A stretch of DNA of 32,000 nucleotides, taken from contig NC_009073.1 of the NCBI RefSeq assembly GCF_000015805.1, positions 990,001 through 1,022,000 on the forward strand, given 5' to 3'. How positions within the stretch are numbered: the first letter of the stretch is position 1; each line of letters starts with the position of its first letter. The stretch comes from Pyrobaculum calidifontis JCM 11548. Lineage in GTDB: Archaea > Thermoproteota > Thermoprotei > Thermoproteales > Thermoproteaceae. A program made the translations under genes and the position numbers. The notes under the pieces were generated by a model. That model was given only the letters and a program-made list of their open reading frames with translations, was not told where the DNA came from and ran no database searches. Of this stretch, positions 1 to 7,139 are shown piece after piece.

Positions 1-221
1 GGACCACTGTGGGGTATGTGATAGTGAGGGGGCCCGGCAAGGTTTCTGAACGCGCCATGCCCTACATATTCGTCGACGACGCGAGTAAAGTGGACGTGGA
101 CTACTACATTGAGAAGCAAGTTATCCCAGCCGCGCTCAGAATAGCAGAGGTCCTCGGCGTAAAAGAGAGCGACTTGAAGACAGGCAGAGTCGAAAAATCA
201 CTCTTGGACTTCCTAGGCTAG
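1..221 (+). CDS. polB: Family B DNA polymerase, C-terminal end (gene begins upstream of window)
   Basis: The frame of track ORF 9..221 is open to the left window edge. The tail ...KVDVDYYIEKQVIPAALRIAEVLGV... is the conserved extreme C-terminal block (YYIE-x-QV-PA) of archaeal family B polymerases. Stop at 219-221. Confidence 0.75.
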   Translation, partial: TTVGYVIVRGPGKVSERAMPYIFVDDASKVDVDYYIEKQVIPAALRIAEVLGVKESDLKTGRVEKSLLDFLG

Positions 222-1436
222 TTTCTGCAGTTGTTCAAAGGTTACAATTTTTAGGTCTTCTGGCACCTTTGTCAGCGGGCCCACTCTCGCCGTTATTATG
301 ATCTTTACGCCCTTCTTTGCGGCTAAATCCACTATCCTCTGTGTGACAATGCCGTCCATTAATATGGCGTAGATAGAGTCTGTGGAGTTTGCCAGCTCGT
401 CGGGCAGCTCTCTCACGGCTATGCGCTTTATTAGAGACCAGTTAGTGTCGTAGAGCTCGGCTTCGAGCGTGCCTTGCATGTCGCCTAGCCGTTTTACAAT
501 CTCCTGAGGCACCTCTGCAATGGGCTGTTGCGAGGGGGCCGCTGGAGGGGCTGTCGGCTGTTGCGGCGGGGGAGCGGCGGCCTCGGTCTTCTCAGCTCCC
601 GCCTTCTGTTGCGCCAACCACTCTTCCAGTGTTACCTTATTCCTCAGCGCCTTTGCTATCTCCTTAGCGGTCAGTTGTTCTACTTCTTTGCCGGGCGGGG
701 CGCGGGCTACGTAGTCGATGTGTGCAACCTTCATTAACTCCTTTAACACCATCTCGCCTCCCTTGTCGCCGTCTATGAATAATGTTATGGATTTTCTCTT
801 GCTTAAATCGATGATGGTTTGAGGCACGCCGCGGCTAATCCCCTCTAGCGCTATTACGTTTCTATAGCCGTGTTTTACAAGGTTTACGACGTCTGCCCTC
901 CCCTCGACTACGATGATCCAATCCGACTTATCAACGTCTGGGCCTGCCGGCAGTTTTTCTGGCCCATATTCCACAACCTCTGCCTTTGCCACATCCTCTT
1001 TCAACTTTTCAATTATCTCCTTGGTGTCTGGCAGTATCTCCTCCTCTATCATTTTAATCAGCTCCTTGGCTCTCTCAACGATTTTCTTCCTCTTTTCCTC
1101 TCTCAGGTCTCTGATTTCTAGCACTTTTACGGTGGCGGGGTAGGGCCCCACTCTTTCTATGCTCTCGATTAAAGCGGCCACTAGCGCGGTCTCGTAGCGG
1201 TCTAAGTTACTCGGTATGTATATCTTCGCCTTTGTCTTCCCGTCCTTCTCCTGTATGTCCACCTCTATTCTCCCTATGCGCCCCATCATTTGTAGCTCTC
1301 TGAGGTCCATGTCCTTTCCTAGTAGGCCTTCGGTTTGGGAAAACAGTGCGCCTATGATGTCTGATTTATCTACTCCGCCGTTTACCTCTATTTGCGCCAC
1401 TATCATGTACTTGGCTACTATGGTTAAAGCGCCCAT
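213..1436 (-). CDS. dnaG: Archaeal DnaG (Toprim-domain primase-like, exosome-associated protein)
   Basis: 407 aa. N-terminal blocks KYMIVAQIEVNGGVDKSDIIGALFSQTEGLLG, LRELQMMGRIGRIEV and IPSNLDRYETALVAALIES are the archaeal DnaG signature. Toprim-like IIVVEGRADVVNL...FIDGDKGGE. A P/Q-rich linker (AAAPPPQQPTAPPAAPSQQP) precedes the C-terminal domain. Confidence 0.9.
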   Translation of the reverse strand: MGALTIVAKYMIVAQIEVNGGVDKSDIIGALFSQTEGLLGKDMDLRELQMMGRIGRIEVDIQEKDGKTKAKIYIPSNLDRYETALVAALIESIERVGPYPATVKVLEIRDLREEKRKKIVERAKELIKMIEEEILPDTKEIIEKLKEDVAKAEVVEYGPEKLPAGPDVDKSDWIIVVEGRADVVNLVKHGYRNVIALEGISRGVPQTIIDLSKRKSITLFIDGDKGGEMVLKELMKVAHIDYVARAPPGKEVEQLTAKEIAKALRNKVTLEEWLAQQKAGAEKTEAAAPPPQQPTAPPAAPSQQPIAEVPQEIVKRLGDMQGTLEAELYDTNWSLIKRIAVRELPDELANSTDSIYAILMDGIVTQRIVDLAAKKGVKIIITARVGPLTKVPEDLKIVTFEQLQKLA

Positions 1437-1457
1437 GTGGGCTGTTGGGGCTTTATG

Positions 1458-1465
1458 TTTTAAAT
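1458..1465 (-). promoter_or_regulatory. TATA box for dnaG (ATTTAAAA on the minus strand)
   Basis: Centred about 25 nt upstream of the dnaG ATG (1436), consistent with a leaderless mRNA. Confidence 0.45.
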
Positions 1466-1477
1466 GTTTTCACAAGG

Positions 1478-1485
1478 ATTTAAAC
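1478..1485 (+). promoter_or_regulatory. TATA box for the MetAP gene (ATTTAAAC)
   Basis: Centred about 25 nt upstream of in-frame GTG 1504 / TTG 1507. Confidence 0.45.
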
Positions 1486-1503
1486 CCCCATCAACGGGCT
1501 GTC

Positions 1504-2379
1504 GTGTTGCAGATTTTGCGCCATGTGGGCGATGTAGTGCACAAGGCGCTCAAGTACGCGCTTGACTTAGCCCAGCCCGGGGTCCCGGTTCTTGAGCTTT
1601 GTGAGAAAGTGGAGGAGTTTATTAGGGCTAACGGGGCAAAGCCGGCGTTCCCCGTCAATGTGAGCATAAACGAGGTTGCCGCCCACTACACTGCCAAGCG
1701 TAGAGATGCCCTTGAGATTCCAAAGAGCGGGGTGGTGAAGATAGATGTTGGCGCACATCGGGATGGCTACATCGTCGACGCCGCCGTCTCCATAGCGTTT
1801 GGCTCAGCGTTTGAGAGCTTAGTCAAGGCGGCGCGCGGCGCGTTGGAGGCGGCGTTGAGCTTGGCGAAGCCCGGGGTAAGGGCGTGGCAGATAGGCGAGG
1901 CGGTGGAGAGGGTGGCCAAGGGCTATGGGTTTAGGCCTATCTACAACTTGACGGGGCACAAGATAGAGCGGTTCATCTTACACGCGGGGCACGTGGTGCC
2001 CAACTACCCAGACAAAACCGCCTCGCAGCAGTTGATGCCCGGAGACGTGTACGCCATAGAGCCGTTTGTCACCAACGGAGAGGGGCAGGTGGTTGATGGG
2101 AGGGAGGTAACTATTTTCAGGCTACTGAAGATGAGGCACAAGTCTCTACAGCAGTTCATAGACGTCGTCGGCGCCGAGGTGGGGCCTCTCCCGTTTACTC
2201 CGCGTTGGTTTCCTCGGCTAGACGACTCGGTGTTTACCCAGGCGCTTAAGTTGGGCGTAATCCACGGCTATGAGGTGCTCGTGGAGCGGAGTAGGGGATA
2301 CGTGGCCCAGTTTGAGGACACCGTTTACATAGGCGAGGAGGGAGCGGTGCCGCTGGCCCGCACGCTCGAGTTATTGTAG
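1504..2379 (+). CDS. map: Methionine aminopeptidase, type 2 (archaeal)
   Basis: Motifs KPAFPVNVSINEVAAHYT, KIDVGAHRDGYIVD, GHKIERFILHAG, YAIEPF. The 5' part of track ORF 1216..2379 is antisense read-through of dnaG. In-frame GTG 1504 / TTG 1507 lie about 25 nt downstream of ATTTAAAC (1478-1485). The start is uncertain by a few codons. Confidence 0.85.
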   Translation: MLQILRHVGDVVHKALKYALDLAQPGVPVLELCEKVEEFIRANGAKPAFPVNVSINEVAAHYTAKRRDALEIPKSGVVKIDVGAHRDGYIVDAAVSIAFGSAFESLVKAARGALEAALSLAKPGVRAWQIGEAVERVAKGYGFRPIYNLTGHKIERFILHAGHVVPNYPDKTASQQLMPGDVYAIEPFVTNGEGQVVDGREVTIFRLLKMRHKSLQQFIDVVGAEVGPLPFTPRWFPRLDDSVFTQALKLGVIHGYEVLVERSRGYVAQFEDTVYIGEEGAVPLARTLELL

Positions 2380-2380
2380 G

Positions 2381-2398
2381 GCGAAAAGTTTTTATATA
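2381..2398 (+). promoter_or_regulatory. BRE (GCGAAAAG) plus TATA (TTTTTATATA) of the thermosome gene
   Basis: The TATA is centred about 24 nt upstream of ATG 2418, with a purine-rich BRE directly upstream. Confidence 0.6.
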
Positions 2399-2417
2399 CG
2401 CGAAATTTGTCAAACCC

Positions 2418-4067
2418 ATGAGCCAGGCAGTGTTGACTCAGATAGGTGGAGTTCCAGTGCTGGTGCTCAAGGAGGGCACACAACGGGCGTTTGGGAAAGA
2501 GGCGCTTAGGCTCAATATAATGATTGCGAGGGCAATTGCCGAGGTCATGAGGACGACGCTTGGGCCAAAGGGGATGGACAAGATGCTCATAGACTCGCTT
2601 GGCGATATAACTATCACAAACGACGGCGCCACGATCCTAGACGAGATGGATGTACAACACCCCATCGCCAAGCTCCTTGTTGAGATTTCTAAGTCGCAGG
2701 AGGAGGAGGCGGGAGACGGCACTACGACCGCGGTGGTGCTCGCCGGCGCGCTTCTTGAGGAGGCTGAGAAGCTTCTAGAGAAGAACATCCACCCGACGGT
2801 AATTGTAAGCGGCTTCAAGAAGGCGCTTGACGTAGCCACTGAGCATTTGAGAAAAGTGGCCGTGCCGGTGAATAGGAGCGACGTAGATACGCTTAAGAAG
2901 ATCGCCATGACTTCCATGGGCGGCAAGATAAGCGAGACTGTGAAGGAGTATTTCGCTGACTTGGCCGTGAGGGCCGTACTGCAAGTTGCCGAGGAGAGGA
3001 ATGGGAAGTGGTACGTGGACTTGGACAACATCCAAATTGTGAAAAAGCACGGGGCCTCCCTCCTTGACACACAGCTAGTGTACGGCATTGTGATAGACAA
3101 GGAGGTTGTACACGCCGCTATGCCGAAGCGCGTGGTAAACGCCAAGATAGCCCTCTTAGATGCGCCTCTTGAGGTGGAGAAGCCCGAGATAGATGCGGAG
3201 ATCAGAATCAACGATCCGACGCAGATGAGGGCCTTCTTGGAGGAGGAGGAGAAGATACTGAAGGGCTATGTCGACAAGCTGAAGTCCCTCGGCGTAACTG
3301 CCCTGTTTACCACCAAGGGAATTGACGACATAGCGCAGTACTACTTGGCCAAGGCCGGGATCTTGGCCGTGAGGAGAGTGAAGCGTAGCGACATTGAGAA
3401 ACTGGTGAGGGCCACCGGCGCCCGCCTTGTCACAAGCCTCGAAGACCTCACAGAGGCAGACCTAGGCTTCGCCGGCTTGGTGGAAGAGCGCCGCGTGGGA
3501 GATGAGAAGATGGTGTTCGTGGAGCAGTGTAAGAACCCGCGCGCGGTGTCCATATTGGTGCGCGGCGGCTTTGAGAGGCTCGTGGACGAGGCTGAGAGAA
3601 ATCTCGACGACGCCCTATCTGTAGTTGCCGACGTCGTAGAAGAGCCGTACATACTGCCGGCAGGAGGCGCAGCGGAGATCGAGGCCGCCAAGGCTGTTAG
3701 AGCGTTTGCCCCCAAGGTAGGCGGCAGAGAGCAGTACGCAGTTGAGGCCTTCGCAAGAGCCCTAGAGGCAATACCCAAGGCACTTGCAGAAAACGCCGGC
3801 CTCGACCCCATCGACATATTGACAGAGCTGACTCACAAGCACGAGCAGCCAGACGGATGGAGATACGGCCTAGACGTCTACCAAGGCAAAGTCGTGGACA
3901 TGATGAGCCTTGGCCTAATCGAGCCGCTTACGGTAAAGATAAACGCGCTTAAAGTGGCCGTCGAGGCCGCCAGCATGATCCTGAGAATAGACGAGATAAT
4001 CGCGGCCTCTAAGCTGGAGAAAGAAGAGAAAGAAAAGAAGGAGGAGAAGAAGGAGGAATTCGACTAA
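2418..4067 (+). CDS. ths: Thermosome subunit (group II chaperonin)
   Basis: 549 aa. Blocks TLGPKGMDKMLID, ITITNDGATILDEMDVQHP, GDGTTTAVVLAG, ILVRGG. Charged KEEKEKKEEKKEEFD tail. BRE/TATA about 25 nt upstream of the ATG. Confidence 0.97.
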   Translation: MSQAVLTQIGGVPVLVLKEGTQRAFGKEALRLNIMIARAIAEVMRTTLGPKGMDKMLIDSLGDITITNDGATILDEMDVQHPIAKLLVEISKSQEEEAGDGTTTAVVLAGALLEEAEKLLEKNIHPTVIVSGFKKALDVATEHLRKVAVPVNRSDVDTLKKIAMTSMGGKISETVKEYFADLAVRAVLQVAEERNGKWYVDLDNIQIVKKHGASLLDTQLVYGIVIDKEVVHAAMPKRVVNAKIALLDAPLEVEKPEIDAEIRINDPTQMRAFLEEEEKILKGYVDKLKSLGVTALFTTKGIDDIAQYYLAKAGILAVRRVKRSDIEKLVRATGARLVTSLEDLTEADLGFAGLVEERRVGDEKMVFVEQCKNPRAVSILVRGGFERLVDEAERNLDDALSVVADVVEEPYILPAGGAAEIEAAKAVRAFAPKVGGREQYAVEAFARALEAIPKALAENAGLDPIDILTELTHKHEQPDGWRYGLDVYQGKVVDMMSLGLIEPLTVKINALKVAVEAASMILRIDEIIAASKLEKEEKEKKEEKKEEFD

Positions 4068-4600
4068 TTTTTTAATAGCCAAACGATTAACAACATAACC
4101 ATAACAACCCCCACGTCTTTTACCACAATTAAGTGAGGCAGAGCGGCGGCTATCGCCGTGGATAGCAACACCACTCTCACCCTGGCCTTCAACGCGGCAT
4201 ACCTTCCCCGTATGAAGAACCTCGCGGCCTCTAGGGGCTTTTTCTCGCGCCTGGCGAGGGGGTCTTCCACTTTCGGCTCTGTGGCCAGTCGGCGGAGGAG
4301 CTCTTCCTCGTCGTACTCGTCCTTAAGCGCCGCTAAGTACTTTTTTGCGTATATCTCCTTCTCCGGCTTTGCCAAAAGCAACCTAATCTTTCTCTCGGTC
4401 TTTTTCAACACGGCCTTGGCGGCAAGGGCGCCCACGAGTAGTACAACGTAGGCGAGGTACTTCGTCGGGGAGTTGAAGATAAGCGAGACGCCGCTGATTA
4501 AGACGCTCCCAAGCGAACTCGCGGCGAGTATCAAGACGAGCTTATTATAGGCCTTTTCCTGCAGAGTCTGTATCTTGTGGACAATGTAGTCAGCTAACAT
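4064..4600 (-). CDS. Hypothetical 4-TM membrane protein (third gene of the TFB-like/ATPase module)
   Basis: 178 aa. Two N-terminal and two C-terminal hydrophobic helices flank a charged loop of about 70 aa. ATG 4600 overlaps the upstream ATPase stop by 11 nt. No family recognised; a single T2SSF/TadC-like repeat is only a guess. Confidence 0.6.
   Translation of the reverse strand: MLADYIVHKIQTLQEKAYNKLVLILAASSLGSVLISGVSLIFNSPTKYLAYVVLLVGALAAKAVLKKTERKIRLLLAKPEKEIYAKKYLAALKDEYDEEELLRRLATEPKVEDPLARREKKPLEAARFFIRGRYAALKARVRVVLLSTAIAAALPHLIVVKDVGVVMVMLLIVWLLKN
4068..4073 (+). terminator. Oligo-T (T6) terminator after the thermosome gene
   Basis: TTTTTT follows the TAA stop (4065-4067) immediately. 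Archaeal termination typically uses T-runs. Confidence 0.5.
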
Positions 4601-5618
4601 AGACGTCGGCTACCCTCCTCTTTACTACATCCCCGTACTTCTTTTCCACAAGCACAACCGCCATGTTCTTCACTTCTACGTATTTCGCCAGTCTTTTTAA
4701 CGCGTCCTCTATAGTGGCGGCGTGCATTGTGGCAAAGGTCTGTAGCCCTATCTCAGTGGCTGTTTTAAAGGCGTTGAAGTGGTCCTCATACTGTAACTCG
4801 CCTATGAAAACCACGTCGATATTCCTATTCAGCGATGCGTAGATTTCCCTACTCTTGTTTACATCGGCGATCTTTATTTGGTTTTTGTCAGGGTCTTCGT
4901 CAAATTCGTCAGCCTCGTCTATGTACACCCTCTGCCACGTTGGTGGAATTAGCTCGTCAATTGCCACGAGCAGAGTGGTCTTGCCAGCGCCGGGAGGGCC
5001 GGCGACTACTAGGTGCTTTCCCCCTTTAACGGCGGCGTAGATAGTCTTCAGCTGTTCTACGCTTAGAAAACCGCTAGAGAGGAGGTGGCTGAGCCTCAAC
5101 TTTCTCCTGTGTATTCTCACATATACATGGGGGTAGGGGACTATTGGAGGCAGATCAAGCGAAATCCTAAGCCTATACACGCCGAAGCGTAGCCCAAATC
5201 TGAGAGAAGGCCTTGCATATGTCAACTCCACCCCTTTCAAATGTGCAAGACGCAAAAAGTTCTTTATCATTTCTGCTGTGGCAGTGGTATTAGTCTTTAA
5301 CTTGCCGCGCCTAGTGGCAATGTATATAGGTCGGTTGGGTATGAGGACTAGGTCTTCGACCTCTTCATCCCTGATATATGGGGCGAGCTTGGCTAGGCCA
5401 ACTGTGGCCAAGGTCGCCTCCAAGGCGAAGTCTTTATTTATCTTCTTTAGCAAGTTGTACCTAGCCTCTAGGGTTTTGTCAAGATCTGCGGCATATATTC
5501 GCGACACTACTTTTATTACAGCGGCCAGCTCTTCTTCCTTAAAGTTGCATATTTGTTTTTCGGCGCAGGCATATCTACACTCTAGGCATTCGAGGACTCT
5601 TAAAACTACATCATACAT
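4590..5618 (-). CDS. Secretion-type ATPase, GspE/VirB11/TadA/FlaI superfamily (short form)
   Basis: 342 aa. Walker A VVAGPPGAGKTTLL, Asp/Walker B RVYIDEADEF, VVFIGELQYEDH, His box TFATMHA. N-domain block APYIRDEEVEDLVLIPNRPIYI. N-terminal Cys cluster CLECRYACAEKQIC. The ATG overlaps the upstream TFB-like stop by 8 nt (ATGTATGA). Confidence 0.8.
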   Translation of the reverse strand: MYDVVLRVLECLECRYACAEKQICNFKEEELAAVIKVVSRIYAADLDKTLEARYNLLKKINKDFALEATLATVGLAKLAPYIRDEEVEDLVLIPNRPIYIATRRGKLKTNTTATAEMIKNFLRLAHLKGVELTYARPSLRFGLRFGVYRLRISLDLPPIVPYPHVYVRIHRRKLRLSHLLSSGFLSVEQLKTIYAAVKGGKHLVVAGPPGAGKTTLLVAIDELIPPTWQRVYIDEADEFDEDPDKNQIKIADVNKSREIYASLNRNIDVVFIGELQYEDHFNAFKTATEIGLQTFATMHAATIEDALKRLAKYVEVKNMAVVLVEKKYGDVVKRRVADVYVS

Positions 5619-6075
5619 ACTTTCGGAGTTTAACCACGGTGTCTCTTATGCTGAATTTGCTGACTTTTACAATCTCGCCTATTTGCCTCTTGTGAAAGTG
5701 GTAGTTGAGACGTTCTGCGGCAAGGTATACCAGAGAGGCCGCAATGACGCGGGGACTCTTTCCCTGCCACACCCTTTTGTCTATCGTGGAAAGAAGCTCT
5801 AGTGCCTCTCTTTCTAGCTCTGGGCTTCCAAGCTCGCGGCAAATCTTGGCTATGTAGTATTTAACTATGTCACTATACTTAGTCTTTATTATTTCTCTCT
5901 TTTCTTTTTCTAATATCATAAGTATCTGCTTAATCTTTTTAATTGGTTGAACTTTTGTAACTATAGGCGGCAGAGCTTCATATCCCACCACTGTGCCGCA
6001 CTCAGTGCACACGTATTCACCATCCACTAGTATAACTTTGTCAGAGTTACAATACGTACATTTCATGTGCCTCAT
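5611..6075 (-). CDS. Truncated TFB/TFIIB paralog (Zn ribbon plus a single cyclin repeat)
   Basis: Zn ribbon CTYCNS...CTECG, then one TFIIB-type repeat (ICRELGSPELEREALELL...GKSPRVIAASLVYLAAERLN...QIGEIVKVSKFSIRDTV). About 150 aa, versus about 300 aa for a full TFB. The track ORF starts at TTG 6084; ATG 6075 or 6066 fit the minus-strand TATA AAATTTAAAAG (6089-6099) better. Confidence 0.75.
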   Translation of the reverse strand: MRHMKCTYCNSDKVILVDGEYVCTECGTVVGYEALPPIVTKVQPIKKIKQILMILEKEKREIIKTKYSDIVKYYIAKICRELGSPELEREALELLSTIDKRVWQGKSPRVIAASLVYLAAERLNYHFHKRQIGEIVKVSKFSIRDTVVKLRKYV

Positions 6076-6188
6076 TTCTTCCAATTCTTTTAAATTTACT
6101 ATTTACAATTTTTTACACTAAGAGAGTTAACTAAAAGTTTAGATCAGCTCCTGAGAAAATTTTAATAGCTGGGGCGGGCGAGGCTCCT

Positions 6189-6503
6189 ATGGAGTTTTCC
6201 CTCTCAGTAGTCGACATCACAAGCGACTTTCCCAACGTAATAAAGCTCAGCGGAGATGTGGAGGCCACTGTAGAGCTACCTCTGGAGAAGTTAGGCGTTG
6301 CACTTAAGAAAGGCGATAAGATACGCCTAGTACTAAGCAAAGAAAAAGACGGAGACCTCTCCAAATACAAGGTGTACATGTGGGGTATTGTCTACCACGT
6401 CGCAGAGGAACTCACGCGAATATCCATTGGCGGGTTGCAACTGGACATTAAGAAGAAGCTCCCCCTAGCAATAGGCGAAAAGGTATACATAGGAATTCTC
6501 TAA
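6189..6503 (+). CDS. rpo8: RNA polymerase subunit Rpo8 (Rpb8 orthologue, RpoG)
   Basis: 104 aa. The C-terminal YKVYMWGIVYHV...ISIGGLQLDI resembles the YVM-G-VY...S-GGLLM signature of Rpb8 and crenarchaeal Rpo8. Recognised from motif memory only. Confidence 0.55.
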   Translation: MEFSLSVVDITSDFPNVIKLSGDVEATVELPLEKLGVALKKGDKIRLVLSKEKDGDLSKYKVYMWGIVYHVAEELTRISIGGLQLDIKKKLPLAIGEKVYIGIL

Positions 6504-6506
6504 AAC

Positions 6507-6514
6507 TTTTATAC
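6507..6514 (+). promoter_or_regulatory. TATA box (TTTTATAC) for the Sm-like gene
   Basis: Lies about 22 nt upstream of ATG 6533 and is preceded by TAAAAC (BRE-like). Confidence 0.5.
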
Positions 6515-6532
6515 ACCCCTATAGGCACAGCC

Positions 6533-6967
6533 ATGGCCACAACTCTTGCAGAGGCAAACAAGAGATTCGTGGCAGAGTTAAACAGCCTAATTGGAAGAGA
6601 GGTGCAGGTGGTTTTATCAAACGGCGAAGTGTACAAGGGCGTTCTACACGCCGTGGACAGCCAGCTCAACATACTCCTGGCAAACGCCACGGCGAAGTCC
6701 GGGGATAGGTACAACCGGGTCTTCATAATGTATAGATACATTGTACACATAGACAGCGTTGAGAAGAGAATAGACCTAAGAGAATTCGCAAAATACGCCG
6801 AAAAGGTGTTCCCAGGCATGGTGAAGTACGTAGAAGAGACAAACACAGTCCTAATAGGGGATAAGGTACGCGTAAGCGAAATTGGAGTCGAGGGAGTAGG
6901 CCCAGTGGCAGAGAGAGCAAAAAGACTCTTCGACGAATTTCTAAAGATGCGGGGAGAGGGGGCCTAA
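6533..6967 (+). CDS. Sm-like archaeal protein with an extra C-terminal domain (SmAP3-type)
   Basis: Sm1 LIGREVQVVLSNGEVYKGVLHAVDSQLNILLANA and Sm2 RVFIMYRYIVHI, followed by an additional domain of about 65 aa. TATA TTTTATAC (6507-6514) lies about 22 nt upstream of the ATG. Confidence 0.8.
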   Translation: MATTLAEANKRFVAELNSLIGREVQVVLSNGEVYKGVLHAVDSQLNILLANATAKSGDRYNRVFIMYRYIVHIDSVEKRIDLREFAKYAEKVFPGMVKYVEETNTVLIGDKVRVSEIGVEGVGPVAERAKRLFDEFLKMRGEGA

Positions 6968-7139
6968 CAGTCTCTGGCGCGTCTTCTCAACTCTCTTTAC
7001 ACCGAAAGACTCGCCCTTTAGGGCGGGGAGGAGGTCAGAGACCCAGATTTCCCATAGTGATTGCTTCTACGTCAAAGGCACAAGATATCTCCTGGCGATA
7101 GCCTATTTTGCGTCGAAACAAGGAAATTTACGGAAAAGG

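Noticed and set aside
1-221. The idea that the PolB fragments at the two window ends are halves of one gene on a circular ~32-kb replicon
   Set aside because: The fragments sum to only about 540 codons, with no junction. The surrounding content is chromosomal housekeeping. Multiple PolB paralogs are normal in Crenarchaeota.
1216-1503. N-terminal extensions of track ORFs: 1216..2379 (MetAP), 9996..10679 (fumarase beta), 20458..21096 (aldolase-like), 28816..30102 (HMGR), 11991..12368 (MoaD-like)
   Set aside because: The extensions overlap the neighbouring gene or the divergent promoter and lack family similarity. Internal start codons sit about 22-27 nt downstream of TATA-like elements.
2438-3211. 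Long antisense and overlapping ORFs in the track, e.g. 2438..3211(-), 3341..3817(-), 8709..9605(+), 9981..10439(+), 11035..11469(-), 16335..16883(+), 16824..17246(-), 22690..23307(+), 23308..24021(+), 26717..27070(+), 27340..27735(-)
   Set aside because: Each lies entirely opposite or out of frame within a gene that has strong family motifs. Their translations are low-complexity (R/S/P/A/G-rich), as expected for shadow ORFs in GC-rich coding DNA.
3899-3984. C/D-box sRNA-like motifs: ATGATGA at 3899-3905 with CTGA at 3981-3984. Other isolated C-box-like heptamers occur at 12591-12597 (+), 27965-27971 (+), 10090-10096 (-) and 22444-22450 (-).
   Set aside because: All lie inside coding regions. 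The spacing to any CTGA is wrong (about 76 nt, or none within 50-60 nt), and no D'/C' pair is visible. This is consistent with chance occurrence.
4590-6130. The possibility that the A/T-richer TFB-like/ATPase region is an integrated virus or plasmid remnant
   Set aside because: No integrase, att-like direct repeats, tRNA target or other mobile-element genes are visible, and the flanks are core genes. The composition difference is only a visual impression, so the mobile-element claim is not supported.
6968-7139. A tRNA or other classical RNA gene in the longest intergenic spacer
   Set aside because: There is no T-loop (GTTCRAATC-like) or acceptor/anticodon arm arrangement on either strand. 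The helices are better explained as 3'-end hairpins of the two convergent genes. Kept only as a low-interest finding.
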